A stretch of DNA of 64,000 nt from an uncultured Alphaproteobacteria bacterium (GTDB lineage Bacteria; Pseudomonadota; Alphaproteobacteria; RF32; CAG-239). Below, one piece after another: positions 48,029 through 57,017 of the stretch. Both the position numbers and the translations under genes were made by a program. Location: NCBI GenBank assembly GCA_934229625.1, contig CAKQDU010000008.1:360-64359 (forward strand), read 5' to 3'. The stretch's first letter is position 1, and each line of letters starts with the position of its first letter. Below the pieces are notes generated by a model that worked only from the letters and a program-made list of their open reading frames with translations, ran no database searches and was not told where the DNA came from.

Positions 48029-48536
48029 AAATCATAGTTGCAGACGAAACAATAATATAACCTTCTTCCAGATTGATTGTCGGCACATACTGCTTGGTAA
48101 ACGGCAGCATTTCAGTTTCTTTGCGGTGCGGCAATTTTATTTCAATTATCTCGCCGGCGCCAAAGTTGCTAAAACGCGCAACCGTGCCAATTTCCTTATC
48201 CAAAGAGTTAAGATATACTTTTAAGCCGATGATATCGCTTAAATAATATTCTTCTTCCGGCAACTGCGGCAAAACATCGCGATTGACATATAGTTCGGTG
48301 CCAATCAAGGCTTCGGCGGCATTGCGGTCGTTTACACCTTCAATTTTCAGGCGCATAACCTCTTTGTGCGGACCAACTGCTTTGATTTTGAATTTATGCG
48401 CAGCCTCTTTATCTTCTACCAAGCCATATTTATCAATATCAGCCGGATTATCGGTGTAGCTGTGAACTTTCACCTCGCCGCGCAAACCATGTGCGGCAAC
48501 AATTTTTCCAAGACATACGCGTTTTTCAGTCATCAA
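47985..48536 (-). CDS. rimM: ribosome maturation factor RimM
   Basis: 183 aa; GKIVAAHGLRGEVKV N-terminal motif; PRC barrel C-terminus; rpsP-rimM-trmD-rplS order. Confidence 0.9.
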   Translation of the reverse strand: MMTEKRVCLGKIVAAHGLRGEVKVHSYTDNPADIDKYGLVEDKEAAHKFKIKAVGPHKEVMRLKIEGVNDRNAAEALIGTELYVNRDVLPQLPEEEYYLSDIIGLKVYLNSLDKEIGTVARFSNFGAGEIIEIKLPHRKETEMLPFTKQYVPTINLEEGYIIVSSATMIFADDDSEEENGAEC

Positions 48537-48587
48537 AGTTCCAATCTAAGGCTCAAAATAACTACCTAATTGTTACATTGCTGAAAA

Positions 48588-48959
48588 TTATTCAGCGGAA
48601 GAAGCAGCTTCGGCAGCAGCGGCAGCTTTAGCTTCTTTTTCTTTCATTCTTTCAACAGCTTTTGCTTTTGGAGCAGATTTTTTAGGCTGTGGAACAATTT
48701 TTGGAGCTTCGCACAAACCCAAGTTTGCAAACAATTTTTGCAATCTTTCTGTCGGCTGAGCGCCTTTTGCCAACCAAGCGGCAACTTTTTCTTTGTCTAC
48801 AACCAATCTTGCTTCATGGTCTTGAGGCAACAACGGATTGTAAGAACCCAATTTTTCAATAAATCTACCATCACGAGGAGCTCTTTGATCAGCTGCAACG
48901 ATACGGTAATAAGGACGTTTTTTAGAACCACTGCGAGAGAGTCTGATACGTACTGACAT
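48588..48959 (-). CDS. rpsP: 30S ribosomal protein S16 with Ala/Lys-rich tail
   Basis: [24 protein letters not shown]... Confidence 0.95.
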   Translation of the reverse strand: MSVRIRLSRSGSKKRPYYRIVAADQRAPRDGRFIEKLGSYNPLLPQDHEARLVVDKEKVAAWLAKGAQPTERLQKLFANLGLCEAPKIVPQPKKSAPKAKAVERMKEKEAKAAAAAEAASSAE

Positions 48960-49000
48960 TTTATAAATTTCCTTTCTTTGTTACAAAACATAACTTCCGC

Positions 49001-50404
49001 TTAAAACGGAAACTTTTTGTTAAACCCGCCAAACGGCATGCCGCCCATCGGATTTCCCTTAAACAATTTAGACATCGCCGACAAAGAGCCGAACTTGCCC
49101 ATTTTTTTCATCATGCCGGACATTTGCTCGTATGATTTGAGCAAAACATTCACATCATGAACAGTTACTCCGGAGCCCTGTGCGATTCTTCTCTTGCGAG
49201 ATGCTTTTATCAAATCAGGATTTAAGCGTTCTTTTTTTGTCATCGACAAAATGATTGCTTCCTGTTTTTTCATCAGATTGTCGCACATGCCGGACTCTTC
49301 AATCTGAGATTTATATTTAGACAACCCCGGAAGCATACCGATAATGCTGCCGATACTGCCCAATTTTTTTATCTGCCGCATTTGCTCCAACATATCGTTC
49401 AAATCAAACGAACCTTTCAGCATTTTTCCGGCCATTTTTTCGGCTTCGGCTTTATCCACGTTTTCAATGGCTTTTTCCACCAAAGAAACCACGTCGCCCT
49501 GCCCCAAAATACGTCCGGCTATGCGGTCAGCATGAAACTCTTCCAATTCATCAATTTTTTCGCCCGTTCCCAAAAACTTTACCGGCGCACCGGAAATCAT
49601 TTTCATAGAAAGAGCGGCACCGGCGCGGGACGAACCGTCTATACGGGTCAAAACCAAACCGGTAATACCAATTTTGTCGTTAAATTCTTTAGCCACATTG
49701 CAGGCTTCCTGACCGATTAAAGCATCGGCAACCAACAAAGTTTCAACCGGTTGCGCCAGTTTTTTAACTTCGGCAACCTCTTCCATTAAAACTTCATCAA
49801 TCTGCAAGCGACCAGCCGTATCCAAAATCAGCAAATCATACACGCCTTTTTTGGCTTCTGCTAAAGCACGTTTAGTAATTTGCAAAGGCTTTTCGCCGGC
49901 AACAATAGGCAAAACATCAACACCGATTTGTTTGCAGAGCTGAGCTAATTGCTCTTGAGCGGCCGGACGGTATACGTCCAATGAAGCCAGCAAAATACGC
50001 TTATTTTTTTTCAGCTTAGCGGCAATTTTAGCGGTTGTGGTAGTTTTACCCGAACCTTGCAGACCAACCATCAAAAAACATACCGGAGCCGGTGCGTTAA
50101 AGTTCAAACTTTCATCACCGTCACCCAACAGTTTAACCAGTTCATCATGCACGATTTTAACAACCATTTGCCCCGGCTGCACCGATTTAACCACCTTTTC
50201 TCCAAGAGACTGTTCTTTAACTTTGGCAATAAATTCTTTAACCACCGGCAATGAAACATCAGCTTCAAGCAACGCCACGCGAATTTCACGCATAGCATCG
50301 TCAATATCTTTTTCTGACAGCACTCCTCGGGAGGTTATCTTAGAAAAAGCCTGGCTCAGCTTGTCGGTCAAATTTTCAAACATTTCTGTTTTTACCTTTA
50401 TCAC
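49001..50404 (-). CDS. ffh: signal recognition particle protein Ffh
   Basis: 467 aa; GLQGSGKTTT, DTAGR, M-domain Met-rich C-terminus. Confidence 0.95.
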   Translation of the reverse strand: MIKVKTEMFENLTDKLSQAFSKITSRGVLSEKDIDDAMREIRVALLEADVSLPVVKEFIAKVKEQSLGEKVVKSVQPGQMVVKIVHDELVKLLGDGDESLNFNAPAPVCFLMVGLQGSGKTTTTAKIAAKLKKNKRILLASLDVYRPAAQEQLAQLCKQIGVDVLPIVAGEKPLQITKRALAEAKKGVYDLLILDTAGRLQIDEVLMEEVAEVKKLAQPVETLLVADALIGQEACNVAKEFNDKIGITGLVLTRIDGSSRAGAALSMKMISGAPVKFLGTGEKIDELEEFHADRIAGRILGQGDVVSLVEKAIENVDKAEAEKMAGKMLKGSFDLNDMLEQMRQIKKLGSIGSIIGMLPGLSKYKSQIEESGMCDNLMKKQEAIILSMTKKERLNPDLIKASRKRRIAQGSGVTVHDVNVLLKSYEQMSGMMKKMGKFGSLSAMSKLFKGNPMGGMPFGGFNKKFPF

Positions 50405-50613
50405 CTTGTTAATACAAACAAATTTACGTCAGTGTGCGAAACCTCGCTGGCTGACGGACTCCTCGGAGCTTGAATTTTTTACAACTCTTTTGGTAAAAAT
50501 TCACTAAATTTGCTTTGTTTATACTTAAAAAATCCCCGCTTGTCAACCCCTTTTTAAAACAATATCCCAGCAAAATAGAATTGTTACATTTCTATTTTGC
50601 TATGACAATCATT

Positions 50614-51324
50614 TCACAACTTGAAAAACATAATCAAACTGCATCGTTTTTCAGAATTGCATTTTTTACAAAAATCATAAATTTCATTCGGCTTAGCAGA
50701 ACCGATATTGTCCAATCTGGTTGCAGAAAATCCATTATAACTGTTATCTGACGCAAAATTTGCAATATCATCAACATATGGAGCAATCGCCTGTGCTTGT
50801 TCTAAAAATGTTACGCAATATTGTTGCTGTAAACGAGTTGAAACATTGTTTTGAGAAATAAGAAAACGCAAAGAATATTCATAAGCATGATGAGTTTTAC
50901 CGTCTTGACTGTTCCATGTATTATACCACATCAGCATATCTAAATTATTGCCGGCAAAATCTTCAAATGCATTATTATGTATTTTTGTCAGTCCGTCAGG
51001 TATCCCCCCCATAGCTTCCATAATATCAGCTGTTGGAACAACTTTGTTATCTTTTAAACATTCGCGCATAAAATCATCTTTTAAATTTATGCTTTGCAAA
51101 AACAATTCGGCTAAATACTCTTTCTGCCGACTAATTTTCCATTGTTCCATAGCTTTTGAGTAACCAGCGATTCCTCCGACTGATAGCACAGCAATAATCG
51201 CCAGTACGCCAAGCATTTCTATCATTGACCGTCCCAATGTACAAATGTCACAATTGCGTGCGGTGCAAATCAATCCGCTAAAATTATACGAATTTTTTGT
51301 ATTTTCTTTTAATTTATCAGACAT
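50614..51324 (-). CDS. type-IV-prepilin-like protein, paralog 5 (long 33-aa leader)
   Basis: aaggag RBS; ...CTARNCDICTLG|RSMIEMLGVLAIIAVLSVGGIAGYSKAMEQWK; C-terminal FCKKCNSEKRC. Confidence 0.6.
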   Translation of the reverse strand: MSDKLKENTKNSYNFSGLICTARNCDICTLGRSMIEMLGVLAIIAVLSVGGIAGYSKAMEQWKISRQKEYLAELFLQSINLKDDFMRECLKDNKVVPTADIMEAMGGIPDGLTKIHNNAFEDFAGNNLDMLMWYNTWNSQDGKTHHAYEYSLRFLISQNNVSTRLQQQYCVTFLEQAQAIAPYVDDIANFASDNSYNGFSATRLDNIGSAKPNEIYDFCKKCNSEKRCSLIMFFKL

Positions 51325-51780
51325 ATTATGAACTCCTTAAAGTAATAATTACACAAAAACCGCTCAAAAAAAGCGGTCGGAGAGTTCAACAATCATATCA
51401 TTACAAATGACTCTTTTAGCCTTTCAAGCTATATTTTTTTCAGAGATAATTATATAGCTTTTGGACATACGCTAAAAGCTCCCCGACCATATTGCTATGT
51501 ATCGGGGATATATTTAATCATCGGCAATAGCGAATAACCGATAACTTGACGATGCTATATCCTAGCACCGGTAATGATAAGAGCCGTTGAAAGCCCCGCG
51601 CTAACCGCGCTTGTTTTAATATATAAAGAATTAAAATAAAAAGCAAACAAATTTTTGCCGAATAACAGCCTATGTGCCGACACACTTTTCAACTTATACT
51701 ATGTGCATATTATAAGTTGCTTGTACCATATCACATGCGCAAATGATAACAATTCAAAGTTAAGTACACATAAGCAACCG

Positions 51781-52262
51781 CAAAAAAATCCCGTTATCTA
51801 ATTATAACGAGATTTTTTTAGTTTTTAGTCAGTTGGTTAATTTTTGAGTTTATAATCAATTTTTCTTAAACATTCTTCCAAAATAGAAATTGACTTAGCT
51901 CCGATTTGCGGCCTGACATAAACATTGCTTTTATTAGAGGCCAATAACTCCCCAACTGTAGAAAAATCCTTAGACAACGCATTCAACATTCGTGTTTTCA
52001 ATTTGTTGTCGCCATCATGATATTTCAACAGCTCAGAAATACTCATATCCTTTAGCTTAATATCTTGTCCGACTTTTTCTAAATCAGATAAAGATGTTTT
52101 GCCTTTGACGCCTGATTGTTCTCTAACTTCAGCAAGATACTTGTCAAAAGAAACTTTAAAATCCTCGCTGATAATTTCATAATAATCTTTCACAAAAGCG
52201 CTGAGCAATTGAGCATCACCTTTTTAAAACAAAAAAAGGAGCATTTTTCCAACACTCCTTTT
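51781..52262 (-). repeat. tandem duplication unit, copy 1 (contains 5'-truncated gene 51837..52208)
   Basis: ~480 bp matching 52733-53215; central ~330 bp identical by eye, flanks ~90%; T-run 7 vs 9 in terminator hairpin. Confidence 0.8.
51837..52208 (-). pseudogene. 5'-truncated duplicate of gene 52789..53205
   Basis: protein identical over most of length to the 138-aa copy but N-terminal ~15 residues replaced; in-frame stop just upstream (ttt taa aaa ggt gat). Confidence 0.5.
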
Positions 52263-52278
52263 TTTGGCAAACAGAAGA

Positions 52279-52647
52279 TTAACTATTAATAGCTAAACGT
52301 CCAAGATACAAAATAAAACCACCTATACAAACAACGACAAAGCCAACACACAAAGGAACAATAATATCCCAAACATTCTGAGAATGCACATGGCTAAGAC
52401 GAGAATTTTCAATCTCCACCACGTCGCCTTTTTTGTAAGCCGGATAGTTTTCACTGTCTTGACAAGCCTCAACAGAAAATGTTTTAGGCTCGGTCACGCC
52501 TTCAAACTTAAAAGTCATGTCAGTTGAAGTAGCTGTCACATCTTCGACGGTATAAACTTCACCATCTTGATGCGAAATATCTCCTGAACACGATGCAAAT
52601 CCTACAATGATTAACATCACGATAATAATCTTTCTCATAAGCGACAA
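52279..52647 (-). CDS. lipoprotein with C-terminal TM anchor
   Basis: lipobox VGFASC; C-terminal hydrophobic helix; sits between the duplicated units. Confidence 0.45.
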   Translation of the reverse strand: MSLMRKIIIVMLIIVGFASCSGDISHQDGEVYTVEDVTATSTDMTFKFEGVTEPKTFSVEACQDSENYPAYKKGDVVEIENSRLSHVHSQNVWDIIVPLCVGFVVVCIGGFILYLGRLAINS

Positions 52648-52732
52648 TTTAATTGAATAGAATAATAAATTTTAAAAATATATTATCTGTTTTATATTTT
52701 TTGTCAATACTTTTATTTTAGCGTCAACCTCA

Positions 52733-53215
52733 AAAAAATCCCGTTATCTAATTATAACGAGATTTTTTTTTAGTTTTTAGTCAGTTGGTTAATCTTTGAG
52801 TTTATAATCAATTTTTCTTAAACATTCTTCCAAAATAGAAATTGACTTAGCTCCGATTTGCGGCCTGACATAAACATTGCTTTTATTAGAGGCCAATAAC
52901 TCCCCAACTGTAGAAAAATCCTTAGACAACGCATTCAACATTCGTGTTTTCAATTTGTTGTCGCCATCATGATATTTCAACAGCTCAGAAATACTCATAT
53001 CCTTTAGCTTAATATCTTGTCCGACTTTTTCTAAATCAGATAAAGATGTTTTACCTTTGACGCCTGATTGTTCTCTAACTTCAGCAAGATAATTGTCAAA
53101 CGAAGCTTTAAAATCATCGCTGATAATTTCATAATAATCTTTAACAAAAGCTCTAAGCAATTTAGCATCGCCATTTGCTAAAAGTAATTGTTCAAACTCT
53201 GTCATAAGAATAAAA
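52733..53215 (-). repeat. tandem duplication unit, copy 2 (contains intact gene 52789..53205)
   Basis: see copy 1. Confidence 0.8.
52789..53205 (-). CDS. hypothetical protein (138 aa), HhH-like C-terminus
   Basis: MTEFEQLLLANGDAKLLRAFVKDYYEI...; driven by consensus promoter at 53244-53273. Confidence 0.5.
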   Translation of the reverse strand: MTEFEQLLLANGDAKLLRAFVKDYYEIISDDFKASFDNYLAEVREQSGVKGKTSLSDLEKVGQDIKLKDMSISELLKYHDGDNKLKTRMLNALSKDFSTVGELLASNKSNVYVRPQIGAKSISILEECLRKIDYKLKD

Positions 53216-53243
53216 TTTAGTTAATAATAATGTCTACTGTTTA

Positions 53244-53273
53244 ATTTATAGACAAATTACCGCGCATTGTCAA
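53244..53273 (-). promoter_or_regulatory. consensus sigma-70 promoter (TTGACA-N17-TATAAA) in portable terminator+promoter cassette, copy 1
   Basis: minus-strand ttgaca atgcgcggtaatttgtc tataaa; preceded by ctgatgtt-acaa-aacatcag terminator hairpin; cassette repeated at 54403-54532. Confidence 0.6.
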
Positions 53274-53316
53274 ACAAAAAAGCCTGATGTTACAAAACAT
53301 CAGACTTTATTGTCAG

Positions 53317-54402
53317 CTAGAAATCTTCAATACGATGAAGCATACTCTCAAAAAAGGCTATTTCTACCACATTACTGTGAGCTTTGCAAAAATTCAAAGC
53401 ATCATAATAGCATTTTTTCCGCGCCTTTTTTACATCTACCGCCAAATACAGACGCACACAGATTGCCTCCATCGTATCTGTCAATTTATGTCCCGTATAG
53501 TTCTCAATATACCTAAAAATACCGGCTGTATTTTCTCCCTCAATGATATCCTTAACAATGTACGAAATTGTTGTAATACCGACAAAAAACGCAGCCAAAC
53601 GTGTCAGTTCTGCCAAAAACACTTCAGTTTTCAGCTGCGGATAAGCCTTGCAAACTTCTGGCATTTCCGTACCGACTGTACTGAATGCCATTAAAAAGCG
53701 CAGCAAATCCACACTATCTGTTTTAATAAGCTGCTGAATAATTTCCGGTGCCGGATAGTTTTTGAACGTAAATTTACTAAGCAGCCACTTGCTGACTTTT
53801 TTATTTTGAAGTTCCAAAATATCCAACTGCAAATCAACATCAGGCAACAGCTTTTGAGCTACCACATTATCTGGTAAATAATGCATAGCTCTTTCCAGCG
53901 CCCAAAGTTTTTCCTTAGCCGGATTTTCAGCATTTTTAGCCTGTTTCAGCAACAAACGCAAAAGCCGAATACTACTGAACCTACCGACATAATACGACAG
54001 TTTACGGCATTTAGATTCCAGCGGCTCGCCGTAATCATCACGCTTGCACTCACCATAACCGGAACTCATAGCCACCAACTTTTGTTCAGCTTCAGCACTA
54101 AGCGCATGGTCCATCATATAGGTGTATTCGCTGTCCAAAATGAGCTGTTCCAATTCAGCACCGTACGGAATTTCTTGGCGTGAATGAATAGCAACTCCAA
54201 GCAGTTTGACCGGATTTAAGTTAATATAATTCAACATTTTTTCATCCGGCATGTGTGAGAATTGCTCTACCAACAGCTGCTCTGCCTGCTGAGCATCTTT
54301 TGCTTTGCACACATGGGTCACAAGTTTCAAAATTTGCTCAGGGATAAGTTTACCTTGTTCAGCATCATCCCACGAAAACTCAGAATAATCAAAATTTGCC
54401 AT
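53317..54402 (-). CDS. MANFDY-family hypothetical protein, paralog A (361 aa)
   Basis: intact ORF; shares N-terminus MANFDY.EF and C-terminus ...EIAFF....IEDF with locus 54516-55378. Confidence 0.55.
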   Translation of the reverse strand: MANFDYSEFSWDDAEQGKLIPEQILKLVTHVCKAKDAQQAEQLLVEQFSHMPDEKMLNYINLNPVKLLGVAIHSRQEIPYGAELEQLILDSEYTYMMDHALSAEAEQKLVAMSSGYGECKRDDYGEPLESKCRKLSYYVGRFSSIRLLRLLLKQAKNAENPAKEKLWALERAMHYLPDNVVAQKLLPDVDLQLDILELQNKKVSKWLLSKFTFKNYPAPEIIQQLIKTDSVDLLRFLMAFSTVGTEMPEVCKAYPQLKTEVFLAELTRLAAFFVGITTISYIVKDIIEGENTAGIFRYIENYTGHKLTDTMEAICVRLYLAVDVKKARKKCYYDALNFCKAHSNVVEIAFFESMLHRIEDF

Positions 54403-54441
54403 AATATATAAAATTTAGTTAATAATAATGTCTACTGTTTA

Positions 54442-54471
54442 ATTTATAGACAAATTACCGCGCATTGTCAA
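54442..54471 (-). promoter_or_regulatory. consensus sigma-70 promoter, cassette copy 2
   Basis: identical ttgaca-N17-tataaa upstream of 53317..54402. Confidence 0.6.
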
Positions 54472-54515
54472 ACAAAAAAAGCCTGATGTTACAAAACATC
54501 AGACTTTATTGTCAG

Positions 54516-55378
54516 TTAGAAATCTTCAATATTACGCAGAATATCTCTGAAAAATGCAATCTCTGGTATTTTTTTCCAGACATCGCAAAGTTTTTTAGCG
54601 TGATATAAGCACTCTTGGCGAACCTGTTCGTTATCCCCCTCAAGATACAGCTTCACATGAATTCCCTCCATTGTGTCAGACCACGGCGCATGCCGGCTAT
54701 CTTCAATATGCTTTATAAATTCAGAAATCCTGAGAGCGTGATATTTTTTTCGTCATCAAGACCTATCATTCTGGTCTTCTCATTGTCTAAAAGCATAAAT
54801 GGACCAATCTTTACAAGATGAGTAAGACGAGCCAATTCAGCTAAATACACCTCCAGTTTAAGCTGAGGCAAAGCTTGACAAACCTCCTTGATTTTTGTAC
54901 CTGCAATACTATGTGAAAGCAAATAGCGCAAAGGTTTAATCATCTTCAGCTGAACAAATTTTTCAATAACCTGTTCTTGCGGATATTTCAGATAGTCAAA
55001 ATGACGAAGCAGCCTCATGGCAACTCTTTCATTCTGAAGGTTCAAAATGTCCAACTGCAAATCACAATCATCAAGAAGTTTGTTTGAATCATCGTCAAAC
55101 ATAAATTCTAAAGCCACATCCAAACCCCAAAGATTTTCATGCGACGGGTCTGGCAGCTGCTTGGCTTTTTCTACCAACAATCGGATTACATCGACGTTGC
55201 TTTTACGTTGAAGATAACCATACAGACGTCTAACTTTTTTATCAAGAATAGTAAAATATTCATCTCTTTCAATGTTTCCATACCCTGGACACACGTCGAG
55301 AACAAGTTTGAACTGTTCTTTATCAAACTTAGAATTATCACTATTCTTCAAAAACTCAAAATAATCAAAATTTGCCAT
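54516..55378 (-). pseudogene. MANFDY-family paralog B, interrupted by a 1-nt frameshift in an A7 tract (54744-54750)
   Basis: N-terminal part 54713..55378 (frame 2) ends ...DDEKNITLSGFLNL*; downstream frame-0 continuation 54516-54752 encodes ...SDTMEGIHVKLYLEGD...EIAFFRDILRNIEDF* matching paralog A C-terminus; inserting one A restores a ~290-aa ORF. Confidence 0.7.
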
Positions 55379-55545
55379 AATATATAATATAAAGTTAATA
55401 ATTAAGTTAACACTTTATAATGTAGACAAATTTTACAAAAAGTCAACAAAAAAACGATATTTAAAAAGTGGCGAAAAATAAAAACATAAATGCTTGGGGC
55501 TGATTTTTTAAGAAAAAAAGACGCATAACCAATATAAATGAATTA

Positions 55546-56265
55546 TTATTTTTCATAAGAATGACAACAAGCTTTCAGAATTGGCAAATATTTTTCATCT
55601 ATGGCAAAATTTTCAGGATACGGATGTTGCAGCAAATCGTGAATATCCGGATTTATCGCTACTTCTTGCGGAATAAAGTGCCGACAAAAAGCACACATCG
55701 CCGCCGCCAAATTTTCGGTATTATAACCGATTTTCCGCAATAAAATCTCCGGATTGTTTTCTTCTACTTTTTCTGCGTCATTCAAATCATACCACAATCC
55801 GATACCATTTTCGGCCAATTTCTGCCACGGGAAAGCCGCTCCAGGGTCTGGCTTGCGTGTCGGAGCGATATCCGAGTGTCCAACCACGTTTTTTGCCGGA
55901 ATATGATGACGTTCAATAATCCTCTGACACAGTTCAATCAAACTTTGTATCTGCCGTTCGCTATACGGCTCTTGCCCCATTGACATAGTGCTGATTTCTA
56001 TACCGATGGAATTATGGTTCAGATTATCAAACTCACGCCATGAGCTTATGCCGGCATGCCAAGCGCGTTTTTCTTCCGGCACCAGCTGTGTCACATCGCC
56101 GTTCAACCCCACCACATAATGCGCGCTGAGTTCTTCTTTTTCCAGCACGGCAATCATATCTTTGGTGTCATGCGCGCTGCAATGCAAAACCAAAGCGCTG
56201 ATTTTTGCAGGACGTTCGTTAAAATACGGCAACATATGAGTTCTCATTTTTTCCTCTATAAACAA
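55546..56265 (-). CDS. ampD: N-acetylmuramoyl-L-alanine amidase (AmpD-type)
   Basis: Amidase_2 motifs: AWHAG, GIEI, VVGHSDIAPTRKPDPG. Confidence 0.8.
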   Translation of the reverse strand: MFIEEKMRTHMLPYFNERPAKISALVLHCSAHDTKDMIAVLEKEELSAHYVVGLNGDVTQLVPEEKRAWHAGISSWREFDNLNHNSIGIEISTMSMGQEPYSERQIQSLIELCQRIIERHHIPAKNVVGHSDIAPTRKPDPGAAFPWQKLAENGIGLWYDLNDAEKVEENNPEILLRKIGYNTENLAAAMCAFCRHFIPQEVAINPDIHDLLQHPYPENFAIDEKYLPILKACCHSYEK

Positions 56266-57017
56266 ATAAACGAATATTGGGTCGGATAGTCTTTTGGTTG
56301 GCTGATTAGTCCCAGATGTGTGTTGCGGCGATAGCTGAAATAGCCGTTTTGCGCCGGATATGTATCTATATGCGAATTAACGACATTGTCAATCCCCAAA
56401 TTATGCAACTTATCTTCCAAGTAGCCGCTTAAATCAAAATAAAAATGCTCGCTGTCTTTTCCGGCGGCAAAATATTTTTCATTAGCGGAATTTTCTTTGA
56501 GCAGCGTTGCCCGCATATCATTCTGCACTTCAAACGAAGCTTGCTGCATACAAGGTCCAATCGCGGCGGCAATATTTTTTAGCTCGGCGCCTTTACGCAG
56601 CATTAAAGCCACGGTGTTTTCCACCACTCCGCGATAAGCTCCGCGCCAACCGGCGTGCGCCGCGCCGATAACCCCGTGTTTGTAATCGGCAAGCAGCACC
56701 GGCGCGCAGTCGGCAGTTTTTATACCAAGCAAAATATTGGGATTAGTCGTCACCGCACCATCGGCGATAATCGTAAACTGCTGCGGTAGGTTTGCTTCTA
56801 CCACCGTATTGGAAACGCCCTGATTCAGCGTAAACATATCTTCATAATTTTTATGAAAATACGCGGTGATAATCTCAAAATTCTGCCGCACCGCAACTTT
56901 TGAATCTTGGCTGTTGTAGTTGGTGTTAAGCGAGGCGTATTTCCCCTGCGACACACCGCCTTTGGCGCCAAAAAAGCAATGCTTTGCGGCAATCAAGTTA
57001 GAAGCCTGCCAACTCAT
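56256..57017 (-). CDS. pgeF: purine nucleoside phosphorylase / laccase-domain protein (YfiH/PgeF)
   Basis: TADCAPVLL...GAAHAGWRG signature of the Cu-oxidase_4/PgeF family. Confidence 0.8.
   Translation of the reverse strand: MSWQASNLIAAKHCFFGAKGGVSQGKYASLNTNYNSQDSKVAVRQNFEIITAYFHKNYEDMFTLNQGVSNTVVEANLPQQFTIIADGAVTTNPNILLGIKTADCAPVLLADYKHGVIGAAHAGWRGAYRGVVENTVALMLRKGAELKNIAAAIGPCMQQASFEVQNDMRATLLKENSANEKYFAAGKDSEHFYFDLSGYLEDKLHNLGIDNVVNSHIDTYPAQNGYFSYRRNTHLGLISQPKDYPTQYSFICL

Noticed and set aside
54615-54821. 68-aa plus-strand ORF
   Set aside because: It overlaps the frameshift region of the MANFDY paralog B on the opposite strand. The minus-strand two-frame reading reconstitutes a protein homologous to paralog A, which explains the region better.
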